Shown here: positions 27,010-37,943 of the stretch, piece after piece
How the letters are laid out: the number at the start of each line of letters is the position of its first letter
How positions within the stretch are numbered: position 1 is the stretch's first letter
Assembly (NCBI RefSeq): GCF_018350175.1
Contig: NC_058368.1
Coordinates: 211,856,001-211,920,000, forward strand
Source: Felis catus
Taxonomy: Eukaryota
Length of the DNA stretch: 64,000 nucleotides
Direction: 5' to 3'
The notes under the pieces: generated by a model
Databases searched by the model: none
Told to the model about the DNA's origin: nothing
What the model saw: the letters and a program-made list of their open reading frames with translations, nothing else
Made by a program: the position numbers and the translations under genes

Positions 27010-27254
27010 AATTTATTTATTTTTAAATTTTTTTTAACGTTTATTTATTTTTGAGACAGAGAGAGACAGAGCATGAATGGGGGAGGGTCAGAGAGAGGGA
27101 GACACAGAATCCGAAACAGGCTCCAGGCTCTGAGCCGTCAGCACAGAGCCCGACGCGGGGCTCGAACTCATGGACCGTGAGATCATGACCTGAGCCGAAG
27201 TTGGCCGCTTAACCAACTGAGCCACCCAGGCGCCCCTAAAAAATTTATTTTTTG

Positions 27255-27285
<31 letters not shown>

Positions 27286-27431
27286 GGTAGAGGGAGAGAG
27301 AAGGACAGGCAGAGCGAGAGGGATGGAATCCTATGGAGCCCACATCAGGGCTCGATCTCACAACCGTGAGATCATGACCTGAGCCACAATCAAGACTTGG
27401 ACACTTAACCGACTGAGCCACCCAGGCGCCT
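27010..27431 (-). mobile_element. Two nested CAN-SINEs
   Basis: Bodies end ...caggcgcccc (27236) and ...caggcgcct (27431); inner flanks aaaaatttattt, outer agtaaaac. Confidence 0.92.
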
Positions 27432-28408
27432 CAGTAAAACATTTTAAAACAGAATTTTCAATTTTTAAAAATGAACTCTACTAATCTACTACAACACTTT
27501 TATGAGCAAGCCAAGTTTACTGACTGGGAGGGGAACCACGTTAAGAGACAACCATCTTCAGACAAGCGTGTATTTGTTGCAATAACAATAGTCACCATTA
27601 ACCGGATGTCTTCTCTGTGCTTGGCATTGGGCTAAGTGATGTCATAAGCATCGGATCTCATTTGATCCTGATGACAACCTCAAAGAAGGGCTTTATTAAT
27701 CTTGGGGTTTTTTTAGATGAGGAAGCTGAGGTTTTGAGAAGTTACGGAAATGGACCGAGTGTGAGGGAGCCAGCAATGGGGAGGTAGGTGAGAGCCCCTC
27801 CCCAGGGGTGTGGTGAGAGCCCCTCACCAGCCTGGGAAGTGTTGGCAAGTCAGGGAACCTGTCTTTAGATAAAGGGCATCCTTCACTTCCTTCCCAGGTG
27901 TGCCGACGGCCTTCAGATGGGAGTGAAGGGACCAGATGACCTGGATCATTCTTTAAATTTGGTTGTTTCAGTTTCCTCCAGTCTGACTTGGGGCCGTGGG
28001 GCCAAGGTACGCCTGGATTGTTGTTTGTATCCTGTTAGGTTAGACAGCTGTAAACCAGAAGGACCCCACTTTTCTTCCATGTCTTGCGCCCCCACAGTCC
28101 CATAGCCAAAATGGGCTTTTCCACTTCTTTGCATCCCGCTGGTATTCAGCTGCCTGCTGAACAGCACCTGGTCCCTCCCTGTGGAAAACAAGATCAACCT
28201 AGCAAGGCAATTTCCAGCTCTTCTGTATGCACAGGATTTAAGACTGATTCCAAAAGCCGGCTGTTTTTAAGCACAGATAAGGAGATTCTTTTGTTCCCGA
28301 CTCGGTATCAGAGGAAGGCTCCTAAAAAAAGTGAATCTTCAAAAGAAAGGATTGTCTGAAATTATCACTGACACCGTGCTGCAATTTCTCTCTTTCTTTT
28401 CCCCACAG

Positions 28409-28623
28409 ACTTTCAGAAATCTTTGGTATCCTACATTGGATTAAAGGGTCTTTACTTCATGGGGTATTTGCTATTTGGCCTGGGGACAGGATTTATTGGA
28501 CTTTTCCCGAATGTCTACTCCACCCTGGCTCTGTGTACCTCGTTTGGTGTGATGTCCAGCACTCTGTACACTGTGCCCTTCAACCTCATTGCCAAGTACC
28601 ACCGCGAGGAGCAAGAAGAGAAG
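28409..28623 (+). CDS. SLC45A2: SLC45A2 coding exon 6, 215 bp
   Basis: ccacag acceptor, AAG|gtgcgt donor. [39 protein letters not shown]...YHREEQEEK. Confidence 0.96.
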
Positions 28624-30568
28624 GTGCGTCATTGAACCTCACCTGAAGGCTGGGGGTATTTGGTAGGAAAGTGTAGGGCAGGGCTGGAAACAAGGGTCTT
28701 AAAACAGGAGTCTAAAATGCCCAGCCTAATGTAATGATGGTCCGGTGGAAGCATGACCACCTTCCTAGCCCACACCCTCCTCACTCTGAAGCCCTGTGTA
28801 CCTGGAGAACAGGGGAGCAGGTACTGCTACTCTCATTTATTTGATTAAGAAAAGGGGGCTCAGGAATGCTGAGAAACCAGCCTACAATCACACAAAGAAA
28901 GGGGACCCTGGGGATTCTGACAACAGCCCCAATGTCCAGTGCTCCTGCAGCGTTTCTGGGTCCCCCACTCCCAATGGCTGCAGTGGTGGAGTTATTGATT
29001 AAAGGTAGGAAATTCCTAGCCCACATTTCCCTTGGAGTCCAGGTTTTAGTAAGTCAGACCCTGGGCACAGGGAGGAAAGCTGGGGTTGCAGGTGGTCACT
29101 CCCCAGCTGCCCTTCTCTGCCTTTGGAGCTCAGGCTGGAGGGGAAGGCACCAGGCTGCCCTAAAAGAACAGTAGGTGGGGTCTTTCTGCTTTAAGTTTAC
29201 CACCTCTTCTTTTCAAAACATGTCACTTTTTCTCCATGAGAATAGACTTACATTTCCTTACCTGGAGCAGTGATATAAAAGCTAAAGAAATAAAGCTTAA
29301 TCCATCCCAGCAGGAAGCTGCAAAAACACTGGACCCTTTCATGTGCCCGGGCAACCCCAGTCTTCTCTATCATTTGTTCTGACCAGTGCCGCAGGGCAGA
29401 GTTGCGCTAGGAGTTAAAACCTTCCAAATTAGAGTCCGTGGCTGCTCTCATCCCCTGGCAAACATTGTCACTAACGTTTCGATGCACACACAGGTTTTGC
29501 TGTTAAAGAGACAGTTATCACGAAGAACAGAACCTCCTAGGAGAAAGCTAGGGCAAAAACACACAAGCTTTGCATTCAGAGAAACCTGAGTTCGAATCCT
29601 GCTGCCCCTACTTTGCAGTTGTGCAACACTGGGGAAGTCATCCATTTGTTTATTAAATATCACTTAGAACGAGTTCATTTTTAGAGAAGGCAATATGTTC
29701 ACATGGTTCAACAATCACAGCAATATACACAATATACACGTACACACTGACAGGTGGCTCCCACCTACTCATTTCCCCATCTCCCCCCAGGGGGCCTACA
29801 AGTAAGCACTCTTACTAGGTTTTTGTTTATCTTTCCAGTATTTTAAAATGAAAATCAGACAAGTATGAATCTGTTTTCTTATTTTCCCTCTCTTATGCAA
29901 AGCATAATGTGCATTTTTTCTGCACAACGCTTTTGTTTTTTAACCTTACTAGTATAGGAATTGTCATTCAAACTCTCAGAGCCTGAGCTTCCTCATCAAG
30001 CAAATGGGAATAATATGCCCACTTTATAGAGTTGTTGGAAAATGAAACTCCACAAGATAGTGCAAGTGGCCTGTCTAGCGTGATGCCTACCTAGCACCTG
30101 GCAAGGACTCCAAAAAAGGTAGTTAGTATTATTGTTGTTATATGGGGATAATGGTAATACGTGCATCCAGGGAGGAGGGAAGGAAGACGTGAAGCGACAT
30201 TTGCTGAAGAATCTTGCACAGGCCTAGCATAAAGAATACACCCAATAAGTGGCGACATTATCAACCGATTCAGGCCGCATATCGACCATATTGAAAGGCT
30301 GACTTTTTTTTTTTTATGTTGTTTCTCCTGTGGAGATCTGGGATTCAACATCCTTCTACACATATTTGAAATTTTAACACTAAGGAGGGAAGGAAGGGAG
30401 TATGTATTGAGTTTCCATTCCATTTTATTTATTGACTTCTTAGGAAGAGATAATTTTGCATATATGAATCATTTAACCTTCATGGGCACTAACAGGGGAA
30501 TTGAAGGTAGGTGGCAGGTAGGAAAAACAGCCTCGGGCACGAATTTGGAGCTTCTCGGTGACCTTAAA

Positions 30569-30893
30569 TCAGGAGTTGGCAAACTATGCCTCATTGACCA
30601 CATGCGGCCTGCCACTTGTTTTTGTACAGCCCATGAGCTAAGAATTCTCTTAATATTTTTAAATGAAATTTTAAAAAGAAAATCAGGAGGATAACGTTTG
30701 TGACAAGTGGAAATTACATGAAATTCAAATACCAGTGTCCGTGAAGTTATATTGGAATGCCAACTCGTGTGTTTACTATAGCTGCTTTCACACTACAATG
30801 GTAGAGCTGTGTGCTTGCGACCGAGACCATGGGAACCACAGGCTGAACGTGTTTCCTATCTGGCTCTTCACAGAAATGGTGTGCTGACCTCTG
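30569..30893. mobile_element. MER58-like DNA transposon fossil ending ~50 bp before the exon 7 acceptor
   Basis: caggagttggcaaacta...tatctggctcttcacagaaatggtgtgctgacctctg. Confidence 0.75.
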
Positions 30894-30945
30894 CCCTAAA
30901 GTATCATTCACGTAGATTAAATGTGTTCCTGTGTTTCCCTTGCAG

Positions 30946-31167
30946 AGACAGCAGGCCCCGGGAGGGAGTCTGGACGGCAGTGAGAGAGGGCAGGGCCTGG
31001 ACTGCGCAGTCCTCACGTGCATGGTGCAGCTGGCTCAGATCCTGGTTGGAGGTGGCCTGGGCTTCCTGGTCAACAAGGCTGGGAGCGTCATTGTGGTAAT
31101 CACAGCCTCTGTGGTGGCCATGATCGGCTGCTGTTTTGTGGCTCTCTTCGTAAGATATGTGGATTAG
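30946..31167 (+). CDS. SLC45A2: SLC45A2 terminal coding exon 7 (to TAG)
   Basis: ttgcag acceptor. RQQAPGG...[26 protein letters not shown]...[12 protein letters not shown], the MATP C-terminus. Confidence 0.97.
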   Translation, partial: RQQAPGGSLDGSERGQGLDCAVLTCMVQLAQILVGGGLGFLVNKAGSVIVVITASVVAMIGCCFVALFVRYVD

Positions 31168-31667
31168 GTCAATAGGGAGACATCATCCCTAACCTCCAAC
31201 ACAGTGAAGGACATGGTACGAAATCAGTCTGTCCTCTGGCTCTGCAGCTTTGGGGTCTGCCCATTGGCTGCCCTGCGTTATGACTTCAGCTACAGTGATC
31301 TGCCTGCACCTCACTTTCTGCCAACCCTCTGTACAGCAGTTTCCTTATTTTAGGCATCATCTATCTCGGGAAACACTGAGCTCTGCCTCCATTCACCGGT
31401 GGCAAAGGTTAATTGTGGGAGATGGCGCCTCCATGCGCCTTCCTACTGCATCTCAGGACGTTCCAGGCCTTGACAAAACGCCAGAAGCCGACTAGTTTTA
31501 CACAGGACAATGGTGTTTATTCTATCGTGTGTTGTTTTTTTTCTTAACCAGAGGTCTATATTTAATCGGAGGGTCATACTTTTCATTATTTCACCAATAC
31601 TCAAAATATTGCTGATGATTTATGATATTAGCTTACTCATATTTAATTCATACTTCATTTACTCATA

Positions 31668-32002
31668 CAGACAGTCCCTGGCTTACAATACAATGGTTCA
31701 AATTACAATTCTTCTTCCTCTTCTCCTTCTCCTTCATCTTCTTTTACTTAACAATAGTTGGAAAGCAGTGCACATTCAGTAGAAATCATACCTCAGATTG
31801 TGAATTTTGATCTTTTCTGGGTGATACATGCCCTTGTGATGCTGGGCAGCGGCAGCCACAGCTCCCAGTCAGTCTCACCAGCCCGAGGGTGAACAACTGG
31901 TCCACTGACCACCATTCTGTCTCCATACAGCTCCACTGGTTTTGTTTTTGGTTTCCATTTTCAATATGGTATTCAGTAAATTACACGAGATAGTCAACAC
32001 TC
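31668..32002. mobile_element. MER47/Tigger5-like fossil downstream of the SLC45A2 stop
   Basis: cattcagtagaaa...gaattttgatcttttc...gatgctgggcagcggcagc...cagctcccagtcag. Confidence 0.7.
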
Positions 32003-32179
32003 AAAACCACTCCATCTTCCTTCCTCCCTCTCCCTCTCACGTTATCCATCGTAGAGTGGCGAGGTCATGACTGACTCAGAGGAGTGATCAGGGAGAAACC
32101 TGCTCTCTAGCCTATACTGTGGGATGATGATGAGCAAATGCTCAGAGGACCCCATGTGACCCAGAACTCTGTGTTATAA

Positions 32180-32260
32180 AATTCACCTGTCCTTGGCGTC
32201 TGCAAAGTTTAATTCACCTGTCCTTGTAATTCACCTGTCCTTGGTGTCTGCAAAGTTTAA
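32180..32260. repeat. Compound local tandem duplication
   Basis: aattcacctgtccttg x3 interleaved with gYgtctgcaaagttt x2. Confidence 0.9.
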
Positions 32261-32722
32261 AAGTAGAATTATTTGCAGACTTCAATGTTTATTTCCTGAT
32301 CATTTCTCCAAGGACTGTTCTGGTGATTGAAGATTTTGAAATCAACGAATGGGTGAGGTAGGAAGGACCTGCAGTTAAGGACCATCTTACCTGGACCCCA
32401 AGAAGTTAGAAGTAGTCGTCTCTGGCCAAGCACAGGGCAAGGGAAGCTCTTTTCAGCTGAAGGACTGGATGGGCTGCTGGGATGAAGAAAGGAGCTAGGG
32501 CGTGCATTCACCACCACCCCTAAATCCCCTCACACACATGCACTCACACACACACTTGGATATTCAAACACTCTGCTCTCTTAACTCAACTCCACTCAGG
32601 TTTGAATGAGTGGATAGAATCCAATTTTAAAAGCCTTTAACCACTTTTAGGCACTCAAGTACTTGTTCTCAGTATACTTGTTCTCTTGTTTCTCTCTGAC
32701 AGTAATGTTCTATTCCCAGACA

Positions 32723-32728
32723 AATAAA
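32723..32728 (+). terminator. Candidate SLC45A2 poly(A) signal (first canonical AATAAA after stop)
   Basis: AATAAA about 1.56 kb past the stop; only variant hexamers seen before it. Confidence 0.35.
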
Positions 32729-33696
32729 GCAAATGCAGGGACACCTAAATTCGGATCAGAAATCCCAGGAAATCCTGTAGGAGAAAGGAAAGCCAAACTG
32801 CTTTGTCTGCTGCTTCCCCCACCATGCATCTGACATTCCAACCTCAAACCTTTAATCACTGCTTTCCCTCAGCTGCAAATGTCCTGTGTCCCCACTACCT
32901 GTCTAAATTGCCATCCCTGCCCATTTAACTTGTACCCTTATTTCTAGGTCCATCTCATATACTATTTTGATAAGGAAGTCTCTTATCCTCCAGCAGAACC
33001 AAGCTTTCTGCCCCCTGTATTAGCATAGCACTTTCTTTTAGCCTTATTATGACATTCAACTCACTGTTCCATGACCTAGTTGCCTTGTGTACATGGATGG
33101 CTGTGTCTCCTAAATATACAAGTCGGTAATGTGTCTAGTTGATGTGTGTGATCTCAGCACCCAGTACAGGGCTTGGCACACAACTGGCATTCAAAAAAAT
33201 AAAATAAATTTGGCCATTTCCTGGTTTATTTTTTTGTCTTTGTGGTAAACAGAAGTCACAGTCTTGGCTCTCTCTAGCCATGTTCTCAGAAGCCCTCAAG
33301 TTTGGATGGGGACAAGTGGATTCTTTTCACAAAGTTCTTTCATGAAGGCCTTGCCCTTAGCCCCTTCTGTTTTTCTAGGGCCCATCATGGCAGAAGCACA
33401 CCCTTCAACATACTTTCCTAAAAACCTGAACCAACCCAGTATCTTATTCTCAAAATTGAAATGGCAAGTTCCTTTCACAAAGAGAATCTCTCCATGAGAG
33501 GCCAATATCAACATTATACATGGATACACTGCGATGCTACTACTGTTTGTTCTTTCTGGGTGTTTCTTGCTTGGTTATTTTGTTTTTGGGGACTTGGAGG
33601 GGATTGTCGTTCAGTTTTTATTAGCCCAATTGCTATTCGATATCAGTATCAATATTTTTTCTTCCTAAAGAGCAAAGATAGACTAATTTGACAACT

Positions 33697-33813
33697 TTAT
33701 ATTTATTTATTTATTTATTTATTTAAGTAGACTACACCCAAGGTGGGGCTTGAACTTAACAACCCAGAGATCAAGAGTCACATGCTCTACCAACTGAGCC
33801 AACCAGGCATCCC
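33697..33813 (-). mobile_element. Short CAN-SINE with (TTTA)n tail
   Basis: TSD-like atttgacaacttt / atttgactacttt. Confidence 0.85.
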
Positions 33814-34098
33814 TATTTGACTACTTTAAAACAAAAGCATTATTCGGTTTTCTAAAAAGCTAATTTCTCAGGATTGCTCAGGATTGAGGAGATCGGGAAG
33901 CTTTCGTTTTTGTGCAAAGCTATGAATGCTTAGTAATTACATTGTGTTGTGTTACAGAATGCAGGACGAGGGATGCTAGGGCTGCAGGTGTTCACACTGA
34001 GCCTGAAATCTCAGACAATACAGGACATTTCCAACAGAAGTACTAAGAGATTTACAGTTTGAGAGGCTATTTAAGCAGACGTGTTTGTATAATGATTA

Positions 34099-34104
34099 TT
34101 TATT
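34099..34104 (-). terminator. Candidate RXFP3 poly(A) signal
   Basis: TTTATT on + (AATAAA on -), about 1.77 kb downstream of the RXFP3 stop in AT-rich sequence. Confidence 0.4.
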
Positions 34105-35872
34105 GTGAAAGAACCACAACAATAGATGCCCAAGTTGCCAGGTTTGCTTTTTTTTTTTTAATCCCAAACTAGATCACCCAAAGAGAACAGTAGCACCTCT
34201 GTCCAAACTGGCAGTTGGATGGGTAGGCTGATGTTTGATCCCTATTCTCTAGGCAGCCTCAAGAAAGGACTAAATTGCTATGACCAGGACAGAATTGTCT
34301 TAAGAAACGTGTCATTCTTCAGAGATGGTCCCATAGACTGCCTGGTGGTTAAGGAAGAATTTGTAATTCACGCTCACCATGCAGAGCATTCCTTAGAATG
34401 AATGGAACTTGGCCAAAGAGCCATTTGAAGTCCCACAGTATCCTGTGGAAAGTCTTACTCCCCACCTTGTCTTCTCAATATTATGAGAAAGAGAGAACCC
34501 CTCAGCAGAAATTGTGATGATCCCCTCAGAATAGGCTCTCTGTACTCTCTTCCCTTTGGGATAGATTTTACTCGAGTCTTCCATTCCCTTTCCCACCCCA
34601 CGCCTCCTGTTGAAATCTGGTTCTAGGAGTTTGGTTTCCAGAAGTCTCCCTTACCCCCCCCCCACCCCCGCTCCCCCATTTCTACAGCATCTTTTAGTTT
34701 TCTGTCCTGAGCCTACAGAAGCCGACCCTTCTACAGGCTGGTAGAGCCTCTATCAAACGGGCACGCGGAGTTCCAAAGAGTGAAGGAGGAGAGGCTACAG
34801 AAAAGTCCCCACGCCCAGTAGCGTGTCTACTCAGACCTTTTCAAGTTGCTCCAGGGCACAGCTCCCCTGCCGCGCGCAGAAAGGAGCACACAGCGTTTCC
34901 AGTACCCACGCCGCTCCCCAGGGAACTGGGAAGTCCAGGCTTCCGGCACCTGGCGCCCTCTCCTCCTGCTCGGTTACTAAGGGAGCACGTGAGCTCCCCT
35001 TTTCCTTCAGAGGCGAGAGCCTGAAAAGGTCTCAGTTCAGTCCCTCTAATCACAATGCATCTGCTCCCTCCCTCAGGGACGCCACTCCCCAGCGAATCGC
35101 TCGCGGCGTTTGCGGGCAAGTGTTTTGTCTCAGGTGACAGCTGAGCACAGAGTCGCGGCCCGGCTCCCGCGTACCCACTCCCCCTGTCCGCGATGGTAAA
35201 TGATACAATGGCCTCACGGGAGATGCCTCTCTCTCGCGGTGCATTTCTCTTGAATGCGGATCAAGACCGTCGCTACTTTCTTCCAACTCCGAAAAAGTTT
35301 CTTATTCCCAAACCGGGCTCTCTGCGCAGCCACGCCGCAAGTCAGACGGCGCTGCGGCGGTCTCGCCTGCCAAGGCGCGAAGGAAAGGTTTTGTGGGAGG
35401 CTCCCCCAGTTGGACGCGCCGCTAGGACCCTTTCAAGAGCTCCATAAAAGTCGCTGGAATAAATGCGCTCAATTGCCTGCGCACCACTTGGCTGAGCCCC
35501 ACTTCCTCGCGCCCCAATTTCTTTACATTCCTGAGTCCTTTCTCCGCTTCTGGGCGCCCCTACCCTGCCCAGTGTTGACAGCCTAAGGAGAGGAAGTGGT
35601 GTGGGGGGAGAGAAGGGGGACGCGGGCTGGTGGCTTGGCTCTGCGATGCTGACCCGGGCCCCTTTGCCAGCTTCCTCTCTCCACCCTGTCTGGAAGCCTT
35701 CCCTCCCCGGAGACAGCCCCTTAGTCTTCTCAGTGGCGGCTCCCTTGCGCCCCTCCCTATCCTCGTCCCTCCTACCTCTCGATCCGGCGGGCGCCCAGCA
35801 TCTCCTAATCCGCTCTCCTCTTTCCCCACCCGGGGAAGGCCACTTTGCGGTGACTGCGCACCCTGGGCTGAG

Positions 35873-37249
35873 TCAGTAGGCGGAGCTGCTGGGCAGCAGA
35901 TCGTAGCGCCCCCCACTGTAGACCACCACGCCAGGCGGGTAGTAGACCAGGTCTGGCTCCGCGGTCGGGTGGAGAGGTGCCAGGGCCTGCAGCCCCTGAT
36001 CTTCGGGCTCTGGCTTGGTGGTGGCGGTGAAAGGGCGCATGCTGGTGAGAGAGGGCGACGCGATGCGCCACAGCAGACTCTTGAGCGCTTTGCGGAACTC
36101 GCGGCGCACGAGGCAGTAGAGGATGGGGTTGAGACAGCTGTTGGAATGAGCCAGGCACACGCTCACCGGGAACGCGTATACCTGGCATAGGAAATACTCT
36201 TGGCTGAAGGGCACCGCGTTGAACTTGATGAGGATGCTCCAGGTGGTGAGCGCCTGGTTGGGCAGCCAACACAGGAAGAATGATAGGACCACGATGGTCA
36301 CTGATTTGGTGACTTTGGACCGTCTCCGGGCGCTGGCTGCGGCCAGGCTGCCCCGGGCAGCCGAGGCTCCTCCTTCGGTCCCTGCCACTCGGCGATCGGA
36401 GATGAAGCGCACCAGCAGCAGATAGCACAGGCTGATGATACACAAGGGCAGCACGAAGCCTAGCAGCACCTTCTGCAAGTGGTAGAGGCCCAGCCAGAAC
36501 TGTCTATCGCCGCCCAGCAACTTGTCTGGGAAGCGCACCAGGCACAGCTCCTCGCCCATCACCTTGATAGTGGTGGAGAAGATGGCATTGGGCAACGAGG
36601 CCAGCGCGGCGGAGGCCCAGATCAATACGCACAGTGCTTTGGCTAAGAAGCAGCAGCTGCCCCCCAGGCTTTTGCCGCAGCAGTCGCACCGGCCATGCCT
36701 TCGGGTCCTGTGGCTCTTAAGAGCCGAGGCCACCGAGTGGTAGCGCGCCACGCTCATGGAGGTGAGGAAGAAGACGCTGGCGTACATGTTCATGGACGTC
36801 ACTATGGATACGATCTTACACATGGCCTTGCCGAAGGGCCATTTGAAGTCCAGAGCGTTTTCCACCGCCCAGAAGGGCAGGGTGAGTACAAATTGAAAGT
36901 CTGTCAGCGCCAGGTTGGTGACGAAGAGGTTGATGGAGGACTTGCGCCATCCCTGCTTACTCTTCATCAGGTAGAGCACCAGCAGGTTGCCGGTCAGGCC
37001 CAACGCGCAAACCACCCAGTACACCACGCTGATGAGGACCCGCACCCGGGCCTCGGTGTCTGCACTTTCTGTCCCGCCGGTGCCCGGGGGATGCCCCGGC
37101 GCCGCGCCGTCAGGCAGCTCTAGCCCCAGATCCCACCACAAGTCCTGAAGCTGCAGCGACGCGTTGCCGCTGGTGTTGGCCGCCTGCAGAAGGTACGGGA
37201 TCATACTGAAGAGTTCTGCGAGCTCGTCTCCGCCAGCCGCCTTCTTCAT
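35873..37249 (-). CDS. RXFP3: Relaxin family peptide receptor 3, intronless class A GPCR (458 aa from first ATG; 469 aa if the TTG at 37282 is used)
   Basis: Uninterrupted ORF with 7 hydrophobic helices, GN, LAxxD, ARY, CWLP and NPxxY motifs. PFWAVENALDFKW and C-terminal YDLLPSSSAY match RXFP3. ATG context gtcACCATGA. Confidence 0.97.
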   Translation of the reverse strand: MKKAAGGDELAELFSMIPYLLQAANTSGNASLQLQDLWWDLGLELPDGAAPGHPPGTGGTESADTEARVRVLISVVYWVVCALGLTGNLLVLYLMKSKQGWRKSSINLFVTNLALTDFQFVLTLPFWAVENALDFKWPFGKAMCKIVSIVTSMNMYASVFFLTSMSVARYHSVASALKSHRTRRHGRCDCCGKSLGGSCCFLAKALCVLIWASAALASLPNAIFSTTIKVMGEELCLVRFPDKLLGGDRQFWLGLYHLQKVLLGFVLPLCIISLCYLLLVRFISDRRVAGTEGGASAARGSLAAASARRRSKVTKSVTIVVLSFFLCWLPNQALTTWSILIKFNAVPFSQEYFLCQVYAFPVSVCLAHSNSCLNPILYCLVRREFRKALKSLLWRIASPSLTSMRPFTATTKPEPEDQGLQALAPLHPTAEPDLVYYPPGVVVYSGGRYDLLPSSSAY

Positions 37250-37943
37250 GGTGACTGTCGTGGCTGCAGCGACTACCTGCAAGCACAGGTGCCTCTAGGT
37301 CATGTTCCAGGAGGACTTCAAGACCTAAGCGAGTCCAACGCACTGGGGGTTCTGTCCCCGCGAGGGCGCAGGGCGTTCGTGGGAGCTTTCAAGGCAGCAG
37401 TTGCACATGGCTCTTGGGTACTGGGTGCCAAAAGCTTCTCTGGCCCGCGGCGGCGTTGGGGCGCGAGAGTTGGTCTCCGCGTCTGTTCTGGAGCGGAGTT
37501 CTAGAACCGAGCGGCGCAGCTCCGAAGGCGAGCGGTGGGCGTCCAAGGGTTCTCTGGCTGAGCTCGGAAGATCCTTGCTGTACGATCCAGACGTTCCCGC
37601 ACTGCGTTTGTTGGGCACTAGCCTATAACCACCCTGCCCCTCAGGACCTCTATTGGGGGCCCGCTCCTTCTCTTTCAAATACCTTTGTCGGTTTCCTTTG
37701 CTGCTGCAGCTCGGACGAGGTTTCTGCCCTTTGAGAGGAAAAAGAGAGGGGAGTTCCATCTATCTCGCTCTGACTCTCCGGAGGTCTTTCGAAGTCATCC
37801 TCCCAGCCTTGCGCCTCCACCTCTCCGCTGCTGTCAGCTCCCAGTGAGTTGCCAGCCGCTGTCACCGGGATTCTACTCGCACCCGCAAAACCTAGGCTGC
37901 GGGCTCCCAGGGAGCATGCGTAAACCCCCGCGCGAGTTGAGGG

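Noticed and set aside
32180..32260. Repeat-spacer-like pattern resembling a CRISPR array
   Set aside because: Eukaryotic DNA, the spacers are themselves duplicated, and there are no cas genes; a local duplication.
34943..34968. CTCF-like GAGAGGGCGCC on the minus strand
   Set aside because: Lacks the conserved 5' CC of the core; expected by chance in a CpG island.
35560..37123. Long overlapping ORFs (186, 212, 142, 118 aa) around RXFP3
   Set aside because: Antisense or alternate-frame shadows of a GC-rich CDS with few stop codons; no recognisable protein features.
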